A stretch of DNA of 62,913 bases, filler included, from Hyphochytrium catenoides (GCA_900088475.1; 5 parts of 5 records of this genome joined end to end with filler, not necessarily neighbours in it), one strand, 5' to 3'; positions 33,291 to 47,859 are shown, counted from the whole stretch's first letter. Notes: generated by a model not told the origin, from the letters alone. Numbers and translations: made by a program.

Positions 33291-35970
33291 ATGGCGGCCA
33301 AAGACGCCACTGAGGATCAGCAGAGGCTGACCAAAAACCAAAAGCGTAGACAGAAGAAGAAAGAGAAGAAGAAGCAGGTGCGTGCTTGCTTGAGTTGTGC
33401 GTGAGGTAGCGCTGTGCGTTGACTCCTATCTCTAAGGCGAAGGAGTTACACTCTGAACAGCCAAAGCCAGATCCTACGGACAATGCTCCCACAGAGGTAA
33501 GGAAAGCTGCACATGCCGTATCTACTGATGGCCTAACGATCCGTTGGGCAGAGCGAGTCTGAAGTAGATGTGGAAGTTGAATACGTAGCTCCTACTCTCG
33601 AACCCGAGCAGGAAGATCCTGCCTTCGCAGAGTTCAGGAAAGTCTTCGAGCGTTTCACTGCCGGCGATGAGCAGGTAGCGGCACAGGAAGAAACTGGGGA
33701 GAAGGAGAAAGAGAAAGATGAGGATAAGGACGACGAGGATGACGAGGACAATGAGGGAAGAATATCACGAAGGCAGAGGAAGCGGATCAATAGACTTAGT
33801 GTAGCAGAGCTCAAACAACTGGTCAACAGACCAGACGTCGTGGAGGTCAGTGACTTTTCTCCAGGGCTTACTGGCACTGTCTATTTAGTATGGTTGCTTG
33901 GCTTCCTTTCGCCCTACTCTTGCTTACCTTGGCCTAGCAAAACGTCCTTCACGTGCTGATCACAGGCGGTCTTTGGGCCACCACCACGATACGGCTGTTC
34001 ATTTTCACTTCTTCAGACTCTTGTCGGACTGCGGTGTTCCATCTCTAGTTATAATGTTGCGGTTATTGGAGTCTCGTGGAGGCCCTTACCTTTTGTGATG
34101 CTTTTGTTCTCTCAACTCTCTTTGTCTAGGCCCATGATGTAACATCGTCAGATCCGAAGCTGTTGGTACATCTGAAGGCCTACAGAAATACGGTCGAAGT
34201 GCCTCGACACTGGTGTCATAAGCGGAAGTACCTTCAGGGCAAACGCGGTATAGAAAAACCAGCGTTCAAACTGCCCGACTTTATCGAGGCAACTGGCATT
34301 GCAAAGCTCCGAGGAATGGATCAGGAGGAGGATGACAAGAAGGGAGTGAAAAGGAGACTAAGGGAGCGGATGCAACCCAAAATGGGAAGGATTGATATTG
34401 ACTATCAGCTCCTGCACGATGCATTTTTCCGGTTTCAGACGAAGCCCAAGATGACGATTATTGGCGATTTGTACGTTCAAATGGACGAGCTTGACTTCTT
34501 ACTCGATATGAGTCCGTTTCTCCTCTTTCCTTCGATCGTACTTCTCAAAACTGCCTTGACTATCTATTATTGGGTGGTCTCCTAACTCTTACGCTGCGCA
34601 TCAGGTATTACGAAGGCAAGGAGTTTGAGACCCGCATGGTAGACAAAAAGCCTGGCATCCTCTCCAACGAACTTCGACAGGCTCTAGGCATGGGTCCGAC
34701 CTCTCCTCCCCCATGGCTTATCAACATGCAACGCTATGGACCGCCTCCGTCCTACCCTAATCTAAAAATCCCAGGCCTCAATGCCCCTATCCCTCCTGGA
34801 GCAAGCTTTGGCTATCATGTTGGAGGATGGGGCAAACCTCCAGTGGACGAGCATGGACGCCCCTTGTATGGTGATGTCTTCTTCGGGACAGAGGACGGCC
34901 CTCAGACGCAGATAGAGCCTGTTGACAAGAATATCTGGGGCGAGTTAGCAGAGGAGGAAGAGGAGGAGGAAGAAGAAGAAGGTGAAGCTCAACTTTTAGT
35001 CCTCTGAGAGCCTAATCCTTTTGCTAGCACTTCAATAGGACCCGAATCACTGAGTGTACTCTAGTGGTCAATCCCCGTCGGCAACTTATGTTCTAACCGA
35101 GTACACTTCTCTGCAGAAGAAGAAGAGGCAGAGGGAGGACAGGAAGATATTGACATGAGCGGCATTATTACACCCAGCGAGGACGGAATGACGAGCGTAG
35201 CCTCTGGGTTGGAGACACCAATGTCCGCTGTGAACCTTAGGAAAACGACGTAAGTATTGGTGATTTGTTGTTGTCTCCTTTATGCTCCGAACGAAGTGCA
35301 ACCTATCTCTAGTTTCTGCTTTCCTTTATCATTGATAAGTGTCGGCTCACGATAGATTATATGACAGTGCGCAAAATGGCCTTGAGACGCCTGAGGCCCC
35401 GAAAGAGCTATTCAAGGTGCTGGAACAGAAGGACGTGGGCGTCGGTGGAGCGATTTACGGTTCCAGCCATGCATACGTCTTGCCCGGGAAGGCTAAAAAA
35501 GACGTAGGAGGCGTACAGGCGTCGATTGACGCTGCGGAGCTCGAAAATCTTGATGAAGAGACGCTGAAGCAGAAGTACGAAGAAGGCCTCGAGGTATGCA
35601 CGAACGATGTTGGACCAGCATCATAACCACCTTCTTTCTTAGCTTGCCCATCCTGTATACCATCTAGTTCTCGTATCCGTATGCTCCTTTCTTTCTCCCT
35701 CTCCGATGTAGTGGGTCTTAGCCCACAAGCTGCGTGCAACTCGCCGTCGCTGAGCGCTAAACTCGATTTATCTCGCCTAGCTTCATACGTATTGTCGACT
35801 TCCTCTATAGTGGTGGGTCGCATTTAAGTAGGCTAAACCATTGTTCGCAGGAGAAGAAGGCGACCAAGGAGGATATTAGCGATATTATGGAGGAGCACGA
35901 GAAGAAGAGGAAGAGGAAGTTAAAGGCGCAGGATGCAAAGAGCAAAAAGTACAAGGATTTTAAGTTCTAG
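33291..35970 (+). CDS. SF3B2: Splicing factor 3B subunit 2 (SAP145/Cus1)
   Basis: RLSVAELKQLVNRPDVVE|AHDVTSSDPKLLVHLKAYRNTVEVPRHW, KRKYLQGKRGIEKP, GDLYYEGKEFE, PPWLINMQRYGPPPSYP, GGWGKPPVD, C-terminus KKYKDFKF. Confidence 0.97.
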
Positions 35971-36127
35971 AAAGGACTCGTGAGAATGCCTGCTCTGCCT
36001 GGCTATTGACAATAAATAAATGGGACAGTCTTAGCTTTGAGGCCTGTGTCTGTTGTCTTAACCTATTCTCATCCGTCTGCTTTTTACCTCTGTGAGGTTC
36101 ATAGAACACTATCCCTGCAGTGCTGGA

Positions 36128-37253
36128 TTATTGCTTCACTATGCCTTCTGCCTCGCTCGGCGCAAGTACCTGTATTATAGGAGCAGTTAGATATGCGGAT
36201 TGATGACACATGGCATCGGGGCATAAACGCCAATACCGTTGTCTTCTACATATCCGCTGCTGCCGACTGCTTAGTCTCTTCATCACTATAGTATGAACAG
36301 TCCGTGTTTTGATGGAGGAAGGACTAAGAGATCTCTGGCGGTGTATGGTACTGGTGTTCAAGGTTTGCAGTGTAGAGCGTTGGGGGAAAAGCTGTCTTCT
36401 TGGCCGCAGCGACCTCCTTCGTTGTCGTCCTCCTCGTTCCCCGTCTTCTGATTGACTTTGCTCTGATGTGTGAAGAGTCTGCTCGTCGAGAAGCAAGGAG
36501 GATGCACTGGTGTCACTACATGTCGCGCTCTCGTCNNNNNNNNNNNNNNNNNNNNNNNNNNNNNNNNNNNNNNNNNNNNTTAATTAATTAANNNNNNNNN
36601 NNNNNNNNNNNNNNNNNNNNNNNNNNNNNNNNNNNTCTCTCTCTCTCTCTCTCTCTCTCTTTTTCTCTCTCTCTCTCTCTCTCTCTTTTTCTCTATCGCT
36701 CTTCCTCTCCACGCACTATAGAACTATCTTACCCTCTTCTTCTTTTCTTCATTCTCTTTTTCTAACCTTTCCATAGCCGGTTTTTCTGATGCCCCTTCAT
36801 CCTCTACAACCTGAGGGTAGCATACGAGTTCAACAGAACTGAAAGATACGGGACCTTGAGGCAGAGAAAGCAAAGAGACGGAGAGAGAGAGCTTTTTGTC
36901 AGAGAGAAAGAGAGGCACGAATTGGGATTAATAAGGAAGGAGAAAGAGACAAGAGAGAGAAAGAAGGGGCAGACGAAGAAGAGAAAGAAGAAATTTGCCG
37001 GGGAAGAGGGAAGGACAGGTGAAATTTGACGAAGAGTATCTCTGATCTGAAGCCAGGAAGAAGAGAAGCGTGGTCACCAGTAGATGAAGAGGAGGAGGGA
37101 AAGACGTGGGTGAGAAAGAGATCCGTTCTTTCTTTGGCGTGTGCCATCATCAATAGTGTCTCTTCCGACACAGAGATAGAAGAAGAGAGGAATGATAGTA
37201 TGTGCTGAGAGAGAGAGAGGAGAGAGAGAGAGAGANNNNNNNNNNNNNNNNNN

Positions 37254-37285
<32 letters not shown>

Positions 37286-38063
37286 GACCAGCGATAAAAG
37301 GATGAAACAAGGATAGGCATCAAGGATCGATTTTCTGCACTACTATTCGGAGGAGGAAGAAGCCTTGTTCAACGTTCTCTCTCTTTCTACAACTTTCTCT
37401 TTCCTCAACTTCCTTACCTGGTGGTAAATTAAAGAGAAAGGAACCGTCTGACTGACAAAAAGGGAGACGTAGGCCCGAGATACAGGCAAGCGAAGGTCAA
37501 AACGAGAGAGAGAGAGAGGAAAAGAGAGAGAAAGAGAAAGACCAAGAAGCGAAAGAGGGAAAGCCAAACCTTTTGACAGGACGTGGCTGCCAGCTTCTCT
37601 CTTCATGTTTAGCCTCCTTCCCTAAGTAAATAAAGAGGTGCAAAGTGCGGTGCCGGTTGTTTCTTCTGATACTGAAGCTACAGCTCCACACGGAAGAAGA
37701 ATGAGAAGGAAGAGATATCCTTCGTGGTGAGAAAGAAAGCACACAAGAATAAGGTTATGGATGGTGCTGCCGAAAGAAGGGCCAACCATAACATCGAGAG
37801 ACAGCAGACATAGGTTCACATCATGGAGCAACCGAAGAGAGAAAGAGAGAGAGGGAGAGAAAGAGAGAAAGAGAAAGAGAGGAAAGGGAAAGAAGAGCAA
37901 GAAGAGAGAGAGAAGTCGTCGATCACATGGCAGAAAGGCAACCCACCAATGATCCCGAACTCCACCTGATCCTTCCACTTTGTAACTTTCTTCCTCACCA
38001 TCGTCACGTCGTCTGAGCCCCCAAAACACCGCGGCTCTGGACCTTCAAACCTCGCCATTGCCA
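36128..38063 (-). other. Possible fragmented minus-strand gene of unknown product, interrupted by gaps
   Basis: ATG-initiated block MARFEGPEPR...KWKDQ followed by a GT donor, and several short non-repetitive AG/GT-bounded blocks; could not be spliced into a recognisable protein. Confidence 0.25.
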
Positions 38064-38135
38064 TCTTCCCTTCCCTGTTCGCGTCTCTCTCTCTCGTCAT
38101 AACATCTCTCTAGAAGCTTGCACACCAGCTTTACA

Positions 38136-40024
38136 ATGGGAGGCGGAGGCTTCATTGACGCCGGAGGGCGAGAGTCCTCTCTTCATCACTTCCAAGCCAT
38201 GGAAAACGGTGTGGAGAGAGAGCCAAGGCGCCCTCCTCTCGCTCTTTGGAAGCTAGTCATCATTACCTCTGTCTTCATCCCTATCCAGTCTCTCTGGGCG
38301 CTAGAGTTCTGCGTGGTAGTGCCTTACCTTAGAAGTCTGGGTCTCTCTTCCTCGACTGCGTCTCTCACTTGGATCTTTGGACCTATAACCGGATTGTTAG
38401 TGCAGCCCATTGTTGGCACTTTCTCTGACTCGTGCACCTCAAAGTATGGAAGGCGCAGGCCGTACATTATCGGCTTTTCCGTGCTGCTTGGCGTCTGCTC
38501 TGTGCTCTTCGCCAGCACGAAGTTTCTGTTCTCTTCTGAGGGCGCGAGAGTGGCCTTTGGCACCATTATGTTCTTCCTGATGGACTGTATGATCAACGGC
38601 GTGCAGGGGCCGTACCGCGCCTTTGCCTCAGATCTTAGCGCAAAGGATCAACAGAGCTTGGCGATGGCGCTTTGCACGCTATTCATGGGCATCGGAGGAA
38701 TCGTAGGCTCTCTTCTGGCCTCCGTCTTTGAGCCGCTGCTGGAGAACATGGTTGAGGTCTTCGTGGTCTCCCTTGTACCGGTGAGAAGTCATAGGATAAG
38801 AGTACCTTTGAGGTAGAGAGATGGGCGAGCGCGAGGAGAGAGAGAGAGAGAGACATAGGAAGAGGAAGATATATGGATATTGAGGGAGAGGAAGGAGAAG
38901 GCCATAAAGTAGAGAAGGAAACGGGGTTCAATAGCTGCGGACTCAGTACCATGTGTTTGACGACAACTTTCTCTTCTTTCTCTCTCTCTCTCTTGCCCTC
39001 TCCAATTCTCTCTCTCTCTCTTCTAGCTCTACCTCTTCCTAGCTGCCGCATGCTACGTTGGTTATGAGAAGCCCCTGGACAAGGCAGCAGTCGGGGAGAG
39101 GCAGAAGTGGTATGTCCCTCTCAAGAACCTCGTGGCTGGAGTACTGAAGATGCCAAACTATATCGCCAGAATCTGCATTGCACTCAGCGTCCTATGGCTC
39201 GGATGGTTCTGCTACTTCCGTAAGTTCTCTCTCTCTCTCTCTTCTCCTCTCCTTTTCCCTTCTCTCTCTCTCTCTCTCTCTCTGCCGCCTCTTTAGGAAT
39301 CTCTTTCTCTTTTCAACGGCTCCTAGCCTAGCCTTCCCTATTACTCGTGTCTTACACACTCTCTCTCTCTCTCTGCGTAGCCTACGTCACCGAGCTCTTT
39401 GCTAGCTACGTCTATGGCGGATGTCCCGAGGATGATCCTAGCGTCTGCGCTCCTGAGAAGTACAAGGCTTACAATGAGGGCATCACCTACGGCTCCCACA
39501 CCTCAATGGTCTACTATGGACTCCTCATCGTCGCGTCTTTCCTTCTGGAGCAAGGCACCAAGCGCTTCTCTTACTCTCTTCTCTTCTCTCTCTCCATTGC
39601 CATCACCGCCGCCTCTCTCTTGCTGGCTGGCATAGTCACAGTTCCTATGGGCAGAGACGGCGCCACTGTCACCTTAATCTTAATGGCTCTCCCTGGCATT
39701 GGCTTTGCCGCGACAATGATCTTCCCCTTCGCCGTTGTCGGGATCATCAATGCGGCAAGAAAGGATGAAGAGTCGAACAACACGGGCATGCAGATGGCCA
39801 TCCTTAACTGCTTCATCTGTCTCCCACAGATCGTCTCCACCATTGTTAACGCGGCAATCATCAGCGCCATGGACATCCGGTTCATCATCATCTTGGGCGG
39901 TGTCTACTTTGCCCTGGGCGCAGCCGTTGTCTGGATCATCAAGGTCCCAGCTCAGCCAGAGGAAGAGGAAAGAGAGAGAGTAGGATCAGTTGAAGACCTT
40001 GGAAAGGTCTCAAAGACTGTGTAG
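38136..40024 (+). CDS. Sucrose/H+ symporter-like GPH/MFS transporter (SUC/SUT/SLC45 family), 3 exons
   Basis: WIFGPITGLLVQPIVGTFSDSCTSKYGRRRPYI, NGVQGPYRAFASDL, WLGWFCYF|PYVTELFASYVYGG, GMQMAILNCFICLPQI. Confidence 0.92.
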
Positions 40025-40163
40025 AGAGACAAAATGAAAGAGAGAGAGAGAGAGAGAGAGAGATTGGGGAGAGTCGAATGGACGGCCTATGTATTTGTAT
40101 ATGAATAGCATGACACAACCTTTCTTTCCTTCACGAAGAACTACTTCTTCCTTTATAAATTGT

Positions 40164-40203
<40 letters not shown>

Positions 40204-40462
40204 AGGAGAGCAATCAACCGGGAAGAAGACGAAGTCGCCGAAGGAAGATGATCTCTCGTCGCTTCCTTCTCTTGCCATTCCCATCTTCCTTCTCCGCCTG
40301 AACTATCTAGGGAAGAGAGAGAGATTCTTATGAGGGAGGCAGGAAAACTGGCCCGTAAAGGAAAGATGTCGATGACGTGAGCGAGAGTAGGCGCGCCGGA
40401 GAGGCTCGAGAAGAAATCGAGAACTGACAGAGGGAGATCGCTTGAGCGCGGATGGGGAGAGA

Positions 40463-40501
<39 letters not shown>

Positions 40502-40530
40502 GAGAGAGAAGAGAGAGAGAGAAGAGGGAG

Positions 40531-40568
<38 letters not shown>

Positions 40569-41372
40569 AAAGAGAGAGAGAAAGCTGGATATGAACCTCC
40601 CTAATAGGTTCTGCGAGTTATAGTGAGTTCATAGACCTTCCCTATGGACAAAAGGTTTGACCTTTCGATGATGGACCATAGTAATTCACAATGGTCCAAC
40701 TTGTAAGGTTTCCTGACCATCCCAGCTCTACGATCACAAACCTGTCTCTCTTCTCTGCATGTGGAGCTTGATGAGATTTCTCTCTCTCTCTCTCTCTGTC
40801 TGTCTCTCTCTCTGTCTCTCTCTCTCTGTCTCTCTCTCTCTCGCTCTCGCTCTCTCTCACTCTCTTGTGCTGCCCCTGCGCCTGCTGCTTCTGTTGCTAT
40901 GAGGCGAAAGGAGAGCCTGTAAAGCACAGCAAGAAGCCGCAAGCTCCAGGGGCGCAGAACCTTCCTGTTGATCCGCTTTGGAGAGAGAACCTCTTTGGTT
41001 TCACTGTCTCCGTCAACCTTGTGCTCTCTTTCTCTCATTCTGTCTCTCTTTTCCTAGCATAAGCTATAGCTTTAGATCTCTGGCTCTCGCTCTCTCGCCC
41101 TCTACGCGTCCTCCTCTCTGTCTCTCTCACTCTGGTTTTGCCTTGCACTCTCTCTCTCTCTTTCCGGTCACTTTCTCGTGTGGCTCTGGACGAGCTCGTT
41201 GAGCAAGGAAAGGTTGGATCATACGGGGAAGAGACAGAAGGGAGAAAGAGAGATTAGAGAGACAGAGAAAGAGAGAAAGAGAGAAAGGACTTCCCAATAA
41301 GAGTGGTCTGAGGAGCGTTCAAGAGGGATAGCCCATGGCAGATAGCGCTCTCTCCTCTGCAGGACCAAGAGA

Positions 41373-41807
41373 ATGACGAACGAAGGGGAAAAGGAAGACG
41401 ACTCTGTCTTTCCCATGGGAGCAGCCTCGCGCCAGCAAGAGAGAGCGTCTGGCGCTCACCTTAGCCAGAAATCTGGTGAAAGAGATGTTGCAGGAAGAGG
41501 AGAGAAGGAAGTCCAGGAAAGAGAGAAAGAAAGTCTCTCTCCCTGGATGTATCCTATTGCCTTCCTCGACCTCTTCGCCGCCGCGATCATTGTCCTCAAC
41601 CTCCCGAACTATGTGCACTCGCTGGAGTCAGCCGGTGATCGCCGCTCGCTTTCTCTCCTTTTTGCACTTCTTTTCTCTCTCTCTCTGTCGTTCTCAAACC
41701 TGCTTTCTCACTGCTCACTCGCTTTTTCTCTTGGGTCTCTGCTCCCAGCATGCTGTATAGCGAATGGGGTTCCGTCTTGCCTGAATATATCTCTCTTTCT
41801 CCCTCTT

Positions 41808-41865
<58 letters not shown>

Positions 41866-44800
41866 TCTCTCCGGGTTATTGCTTGCCCGCGAAATGAGTT
41901 TGATTGTTCTCTGGCTAAGTAGCTGAACCGCACTTTCTCCCTTCAGGTCCGGTGGCAGCTGGTCTCATCCTCTCCGCATATGGCGCCGTGCAGTTCTTTT
42001 CCAGTCCCATGATCGGCTACCTTAGCGATACGCTTGGGCGGTAGGTTCTTCCTCTCTTTGTGAGAGTAAACGAGAGATGGAGAGACAGCGAATGTTCAGC
42101 GCTGATGGGCATGAAGAGAAGGACGTCCAAGACAGACCGACAGACAGAGAGGACATAAGAGAGACATTAGAAGGAAGACCAAGGAAAAAAACGGCAGGAG
42201 AGACAGAGAAGAGAAGGCTTCAGGCAGGAGAGAGGGTTAAGTCGAAAGAGGAGAGAGAGAAAAGACAGGAGAGAGAGAGAGAAAAGACAGGAGAGAGATG
42301 CCTCTCCTGTCATGGAAGATAAGAACGATGCCCTTGACATCCTTTCAAAAGGACAATCGTCAGCTAACCTCCTTCCGATCTCTTTTGTGCTATATAGGAA
42401 GCCAGTGCTGTTACTCTGTCTCGCAGGCTGTACGATAGGATACTTCCTCCTTGCCCTGGTGACATACTCGTCCCCTATCTCCTCTCCCTGGACCCCTTGG
42501 CTTGTGTTTCTCTGCCGCGTGCCTTGCGGAGCCTTCAAGCACACGCAGGACCTTCTGAAGATCATTGCTTCAACTTCCTCGTCCCATACCTCGAGGTAAA
42601 TGCCGCTTCCCTCTCTGTTAACTGGGACCGCTCTCAGGCTTTTGATTCTTTCCACCCTTGTCCCTTTGACAAGCTCTCTGTGCTCTCTTTTCTTTTGGAT
42701 CTCGGTCTCCAGGGCAGGCTCTCTCGGGTTTCTAAACACTGCAGGCAATGTCGGTAAGCAAGAAGTGTCCATTCCGTCTGATGCTCTGTATCTGTCTTAT
42801 AGGCCAGGCAGTGGCGCTACCGCTTATGGCGTGTATTAGAAGTACATCTTCTGCCACGCTCGATCCTTTCTCTGTTCTCTTTCTTGCTCTCCTGCCAAGT
42901 GGACCGGTTCATCCTCTTTATCTAAAAAATCATGTCAACCAGGCTTTATAGCTGGGCCCACAGTGGGAGGAATCCTCCTCTCCTATTGGGACAGTCGGGG
43001 CGTCCCTGGTTTTTCCGCGGTCTGTCTCTTCTCGTCCTCTCTTTTTCTCGCAAACTTTCTATTAGTCTCTCTCTTCCTCAATGTCAAAGAAGAAGAACCA
43101 TCGCCAACTACTGTCGAAACGCGAGCCGAGAAAGTACAGGTTAAATTCTCTGGATAATTTTCCGCCATCTTTCTCTCTCTCTCAGTTCTCTAGCTCTCTC
43201 TGTGTCTTCCCGTTCTTCTCTCTCTCTCTCCCTCTTTGTCTTTCACCCGATCCCTCTTCTTTCATATCTCCTCTTGGCCCGCTTGGCTTACCTCTGCATG
43301 ATTTATGACGCCCTACAGGTCTCTTGGCTTCAGTCTCTACAATCTTCGGAGGGTCTTTCGCTCCTGATCGCCCAGAGGCTTCTAATGGCGCTGGCGGTGA
43401 TTATGCATCGCAGCTACTTCACAGTTGGCTTGGAGAAGGTGTACGGAGCGACTCCCGAACAGCGGTATAGGGCACCGCTTTCTTGTCTCACTTCTATGTC
43501 TTAGCTTACTCTCCCTCTTCCCTTCTCATCTACGTCGGGTAACTCACTTCCCTTTTCTAAGATGCCTCGAGGCCACTCGCCCTCTGTCTCCCTTGCTTAG
43601 CTCAGTTACGCTTTCTTCTCTTCATCTCCTTTCTCACTTAACCCTTGGAACATGTTGGTTTGGGGCCAATACACTGACCCATAAGTACACACCTGATGGT
43701 CCAGTTCGTCCTCACTTTCTGGTCTCAGTCGGTATCCTTACAACTCAGGCCCTTCTTGGTTATAACCTGTATCTCCTTACCTCCCTCATGTTTTCTCCAG
43801 AGGATACATCGTAAGCTTTATGGGTGCGATCTCTGCCACCAGCAGCCTCTTCGTCGGTCCCCTTCTCTTCTGGTAAGACAGGCAGTCAGACGACTGCACG
43901 GTGTCAGCCTGTCTTCCAACTGCTTCACTTAAGGGAGGAAGAACACTGACAAACGCATGATCACGTCCTTTGCTCCAATATGCCCGTGGCAGGATGAGAG
44001 CAGAGATCAAATTGATGAGACGGATGGCGCTTCTGCTGTGGATGACACTGGGCTTAATGGCCTTTGCTCCCTCTCTCTCCGCTCTTCTCCTCCTATTGCC
44101 CCCTCAAGACGGAGCCATCAGCGTTCTTAGAGTTGCCACTATGTCAGAGCTATCTGCGCGAGTGGAGAGGAAAAGTCTAGGCAGACTGATGGGGATCTCC
44201 AGCTCCATGACGGTAGGGAATCCATGACCTCTACCAGCCAAAAAGGCAATTCTCTTTTTGAGAGATAGAGAGATTTAATAGGGTTGAAGGCTGGTGTCCA
44301 CGTGGAGGTGACTAGAGGAAGGTAGCTAACATGAGGCAGTGAGAGCTTGCCCTTGGACGAGTGGAGGGCTAACAGAGAGAGAATGTTCATCCATCATACC
44401 CTATGTCCTGCCTTGCTTTCTATACCTTCCTCTTACCTTTGACTGCTCCGTTCCTCTCTTTCCTTCCGTTCAACAGGCAGTGGCGCGGGCGATAGGTCCA
44501 GGTAAGCATTTTCTAAGAGGAGAGATCAGCGCGCAATAGCCTTGTAAGAGTGGGTTGTGAGAGCAGCCGTACAAGAAACGAATGGACCACAGTCCGCACC
44601 CTAGCAAGGAGGCGGGAGGCTCTAACCCCATGCTAACTNNNNNNNNNNNNNNNNNNNNNNNNNNNNNNNNNNNNNNNNNNNNNNNNNNNNCTACAAGGCA
44701 TTATCACCGCTTATCTGGGGATGCAGGCCTCAAGTAAGCTTTCTTGCTTCTCACCAAGACACTGCCTGTCGAATCTAACTCTGTGTCATCCTGTCCCTTC

Positions 44801-44919
44801 GTTTGCTCCCTTTGTGCCCCTTCCTATATATCTCGGGTTCAGCGCTGTTGTCTGCCAGTCTCGTTCTCCTTTCATACTTTCTCATCCCGCCGCCACAGAA
44901 GCAATTGAAAGCAGATTAG
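41373..44919 (+). CDS. MFS transporter (TetA/SLC22A18/MFSD9-like), multi-exon, spans a small gap
   Basis: YPIAFLDLF, SAYGAVQFFSSPMIGYLSDTLGR|KPVLLLCL, RVPCGAFKHT, GFIAGPTVGG, GRLMGISSSM|AVARAIGP. Confidence 0.85.
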
Positions 44920-45335
44920 CAAAGCTGTGCTGAAGAGCGTTGAAGGGATCCATTAAAGATGACGGAGGTCAATTAGATCCCTATAGCCCCAGCGCGGACC
45001 AACCTGTGCGGTTGATGACAGGCTAGGACTTATAAATAGGAGGCACAAGGCCAAAGCTGACGGTACCGTTAAAACATAGAGGCGACCCACACGGCTCTTA
45101 CGCCGCCCTGAGCATCTTCCCAGTGACCTGGCGGCTAAACCAATGGGAGCATGACATGCTAATCGGAACAGCACCCAAAGCAGGATGTGGATAGTTTCCT
45201 AGACGAAGTCTGGAGAGGACCACGGAGCCAGCAGAATCTGGGACCAACGCAACAGTGGTAGGTAGGTAGACCACTGCAATGCTTTGTATCGAGCAGGCTG
45301 GGGATATGATTTCTTGGGACTTTGCAGCACCAAGG

Positions 45336-47859
45336 TCATAGAACGATGAGACCCCTCCTGGTGAAAAAGACCATCACGGATAGGATGATAAGGATAATAA
45401 TAGATATGGTCATTGCGTTGATCACCCAGAAGGCTGTAGTGCTCCCTTTCAGACCGTTGGACAAATTCATGCCTGTGAATGAACAGCCGGAGAGATGTGA
45501 GTGAGCAGTGGACGCTCAAAGCCGCACCAAGAAGCTTTTGAAAGTAAGTGTCACCCCCCACAACGCTTTCATCGAAGGACGGAAGTACTTACCGAATGCG
45601 CCAGTAATTAGCATGCCAAAGGCCAGGGCTAGACTACATAGATTGAGAACCATGTCTGCCGTGAGGAGATAGTTTCGAATAGAGTCAAGTTTTAGCATCA
45701 CAATGTCCTCTGTGTTGTCGATGTTCGACCGGAGCAACTGGATCCTAGTCCTTACTGAGTGCACCTCCTGTGTTAGGAGAATGGCAGCAATGTAAGTATC
45801 GATACAAGCTCATTGTAAGACGCTATGAGCAACTGCCCTACTATCCGATGCTGCCATGACAGGTGTCTAGCATCAAGCCTCACCCTCAACTAGGTCTCTT
45901 TGAGGGTATCCCACAAATGCATGAAAATACTATGACACGAGGAAAGGAATGGTGCATAGCAGACTAAGGGAAGAGAAGGAAACTTAAAAGCATACGCAGC
46001 AAGATGCTGCAGGCTAAGTGGGAAGATACCTGCAGGTATGATTCTGCCATTACTTCTGAGTCCTCAAAGTCTAGCGCATCATCCAGTTCTCCTTTTGCCA
46101 GCTAGGGAGGAAGGTCAGACACATGGACAACGGAGAGAAAATTGTTCAAGAATGAAGCTTTCAAACCTAGCACGAGAGTCTAGAGAGAATCTACTGCAGG
46201 AGGTCCCCGAAGTCAGAAAAATAAAAGGGTGAGAACAGTTCACTCTTAACTTGGATGCACCTTGGTTAAGTGCAGCATCCTTAGGTCATCTTCTTCGTCC
46301 AAAATGTCTATTATGGCCCGACGAAGGCCCTCCACCTGCTGATCCAGCTCATTGACCGTATTCTTCAGTTGACGAAGCGTCTCTAGCTCCTGAGGATTAT
46401 TCTATGGAAAACATGTCAGCCGGTCAACTGGATAAATGTAGTCTGAGACAACACTTGTAGAACAACCCTGGAAGATAGGGTGTATGCACTTCAAAAGGTT
46501 TAAACTGCTCTTACAACCGCGAAGACCCACCTGAGATTTCTCCAAGCTCCGTAAAGTCTGGATGACAACAGGCTCGAGTCGGTTCATGCTGTTAGCCATT
46601 ATTCTACGCAAAAGTTCCCTATATCAGAACGAGGACGACTGACGGTAGAAACATCTCCCGCCCAAGACTGGCTCGATGTTGACAACTGTATACTGACTCC
46701 TTCCTCACCAGGTTTAGAAATGCAACCCATGGAGACCTTGGCCCTTATCTCGCCTTACTGAGCATACTCCTTCTCCTTTGCTACACCGAATCTCTCTTTT
46801 GCTCCATGCGAGATGGCCCATGCCTCGGATGTGGATTAAACCAATGTCTTACTTGGTAACAGAGGTCAGAATGGCTTCATAAGCTATAAACTCAAAGTCC
46901 ATGCTCGTGATATCCGGGTTCTTGAACTGGTTCTTGATGACGCTGATGATACTATCAGCCCCGTCAGGTACAAGAACAAAGCACTTGTCACTAAACACGA
47001 TCGCACGTATTGGATCTGGGTAGAGCGTCAAGGAGAAGAAAGAGATTAGCGCAGAAGCGAACCGGCAACCATCTCTGATTTGGCAATTTTGACTTAAGAG
47101 GAGCCTACCCCCAATCGACCGAGCATCGAACCTGTCATTTCAGGAGATAATAAAGGTAATCTCTCCTTGTGAACAGGCACGGAAAGCCAACAAAGTCTTC
47201 ATAAATGGCATCTCTCTTGAACTCTCACCTGCATTGATAATGACAGCATGTCTTCGCACTACAATAGCAGGTTCATTTGTTACAGCAAAGACTTCATTGA
47301 GCTTCCGGAGGTCCCGGGCCTAGTAGCGATCATAGTCTCAGATTATTTTAACCGTATGCGGCTGAGGCGAAGAAGATATGTGGACTAACAGAACGAGGGC
47401 GCTTATCAGGCCAGCTGAGGCCCATGGGATTCGTCATGGGGCTAGACGGAGAGGTGAGATAGATCTGCTCTGACCGTTATGGGGCGATAGGCGTTCCTGG
47501 CNNNNNNNNNNNNNNNNNNNNNNNNNNNNNNNNNNNNNNNNNNNNNNNNNNNNNNNNNNNNNNNNNNNTCTCTCCTCCAGGATGGTATGTGAGCGCGACC
47601 TTCAGGATATCCTCCCTGGTCATCTTGAAGCAATTAAGAATGAAGAAACAGCGAAGTGATGAGCAAAGGTAAGAAGGGGAACAAAACTTCTAGGAAGGCT
47701 CCGGAAAAATGACAAGAGATTTGTGCTCACCTCCATAAATATTCCTGTACCTGTCTTATCAAAGACCAGGACAAGCATCTGCGAATCCGTAAAGAGATCT
47801 TCATCAGCCGTAAGAATCGACAGCTCTCTGCTTGGCCTCCAAGGTCGGTGAGTACCCAT
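45336..47859 (-). CDS. MRS2: MRS2/CorA-family Mg2+ transporter, paralog 1 (start approximate)
   Basis: ARDLRKL, PAIVVRRHAVIIN|ADPIRAIVFSD, DFEFIAYEAIL, NIDNTEDIVMLKLDSIRNYLL, ITGAF|GMNL. Confidence 0.9.
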
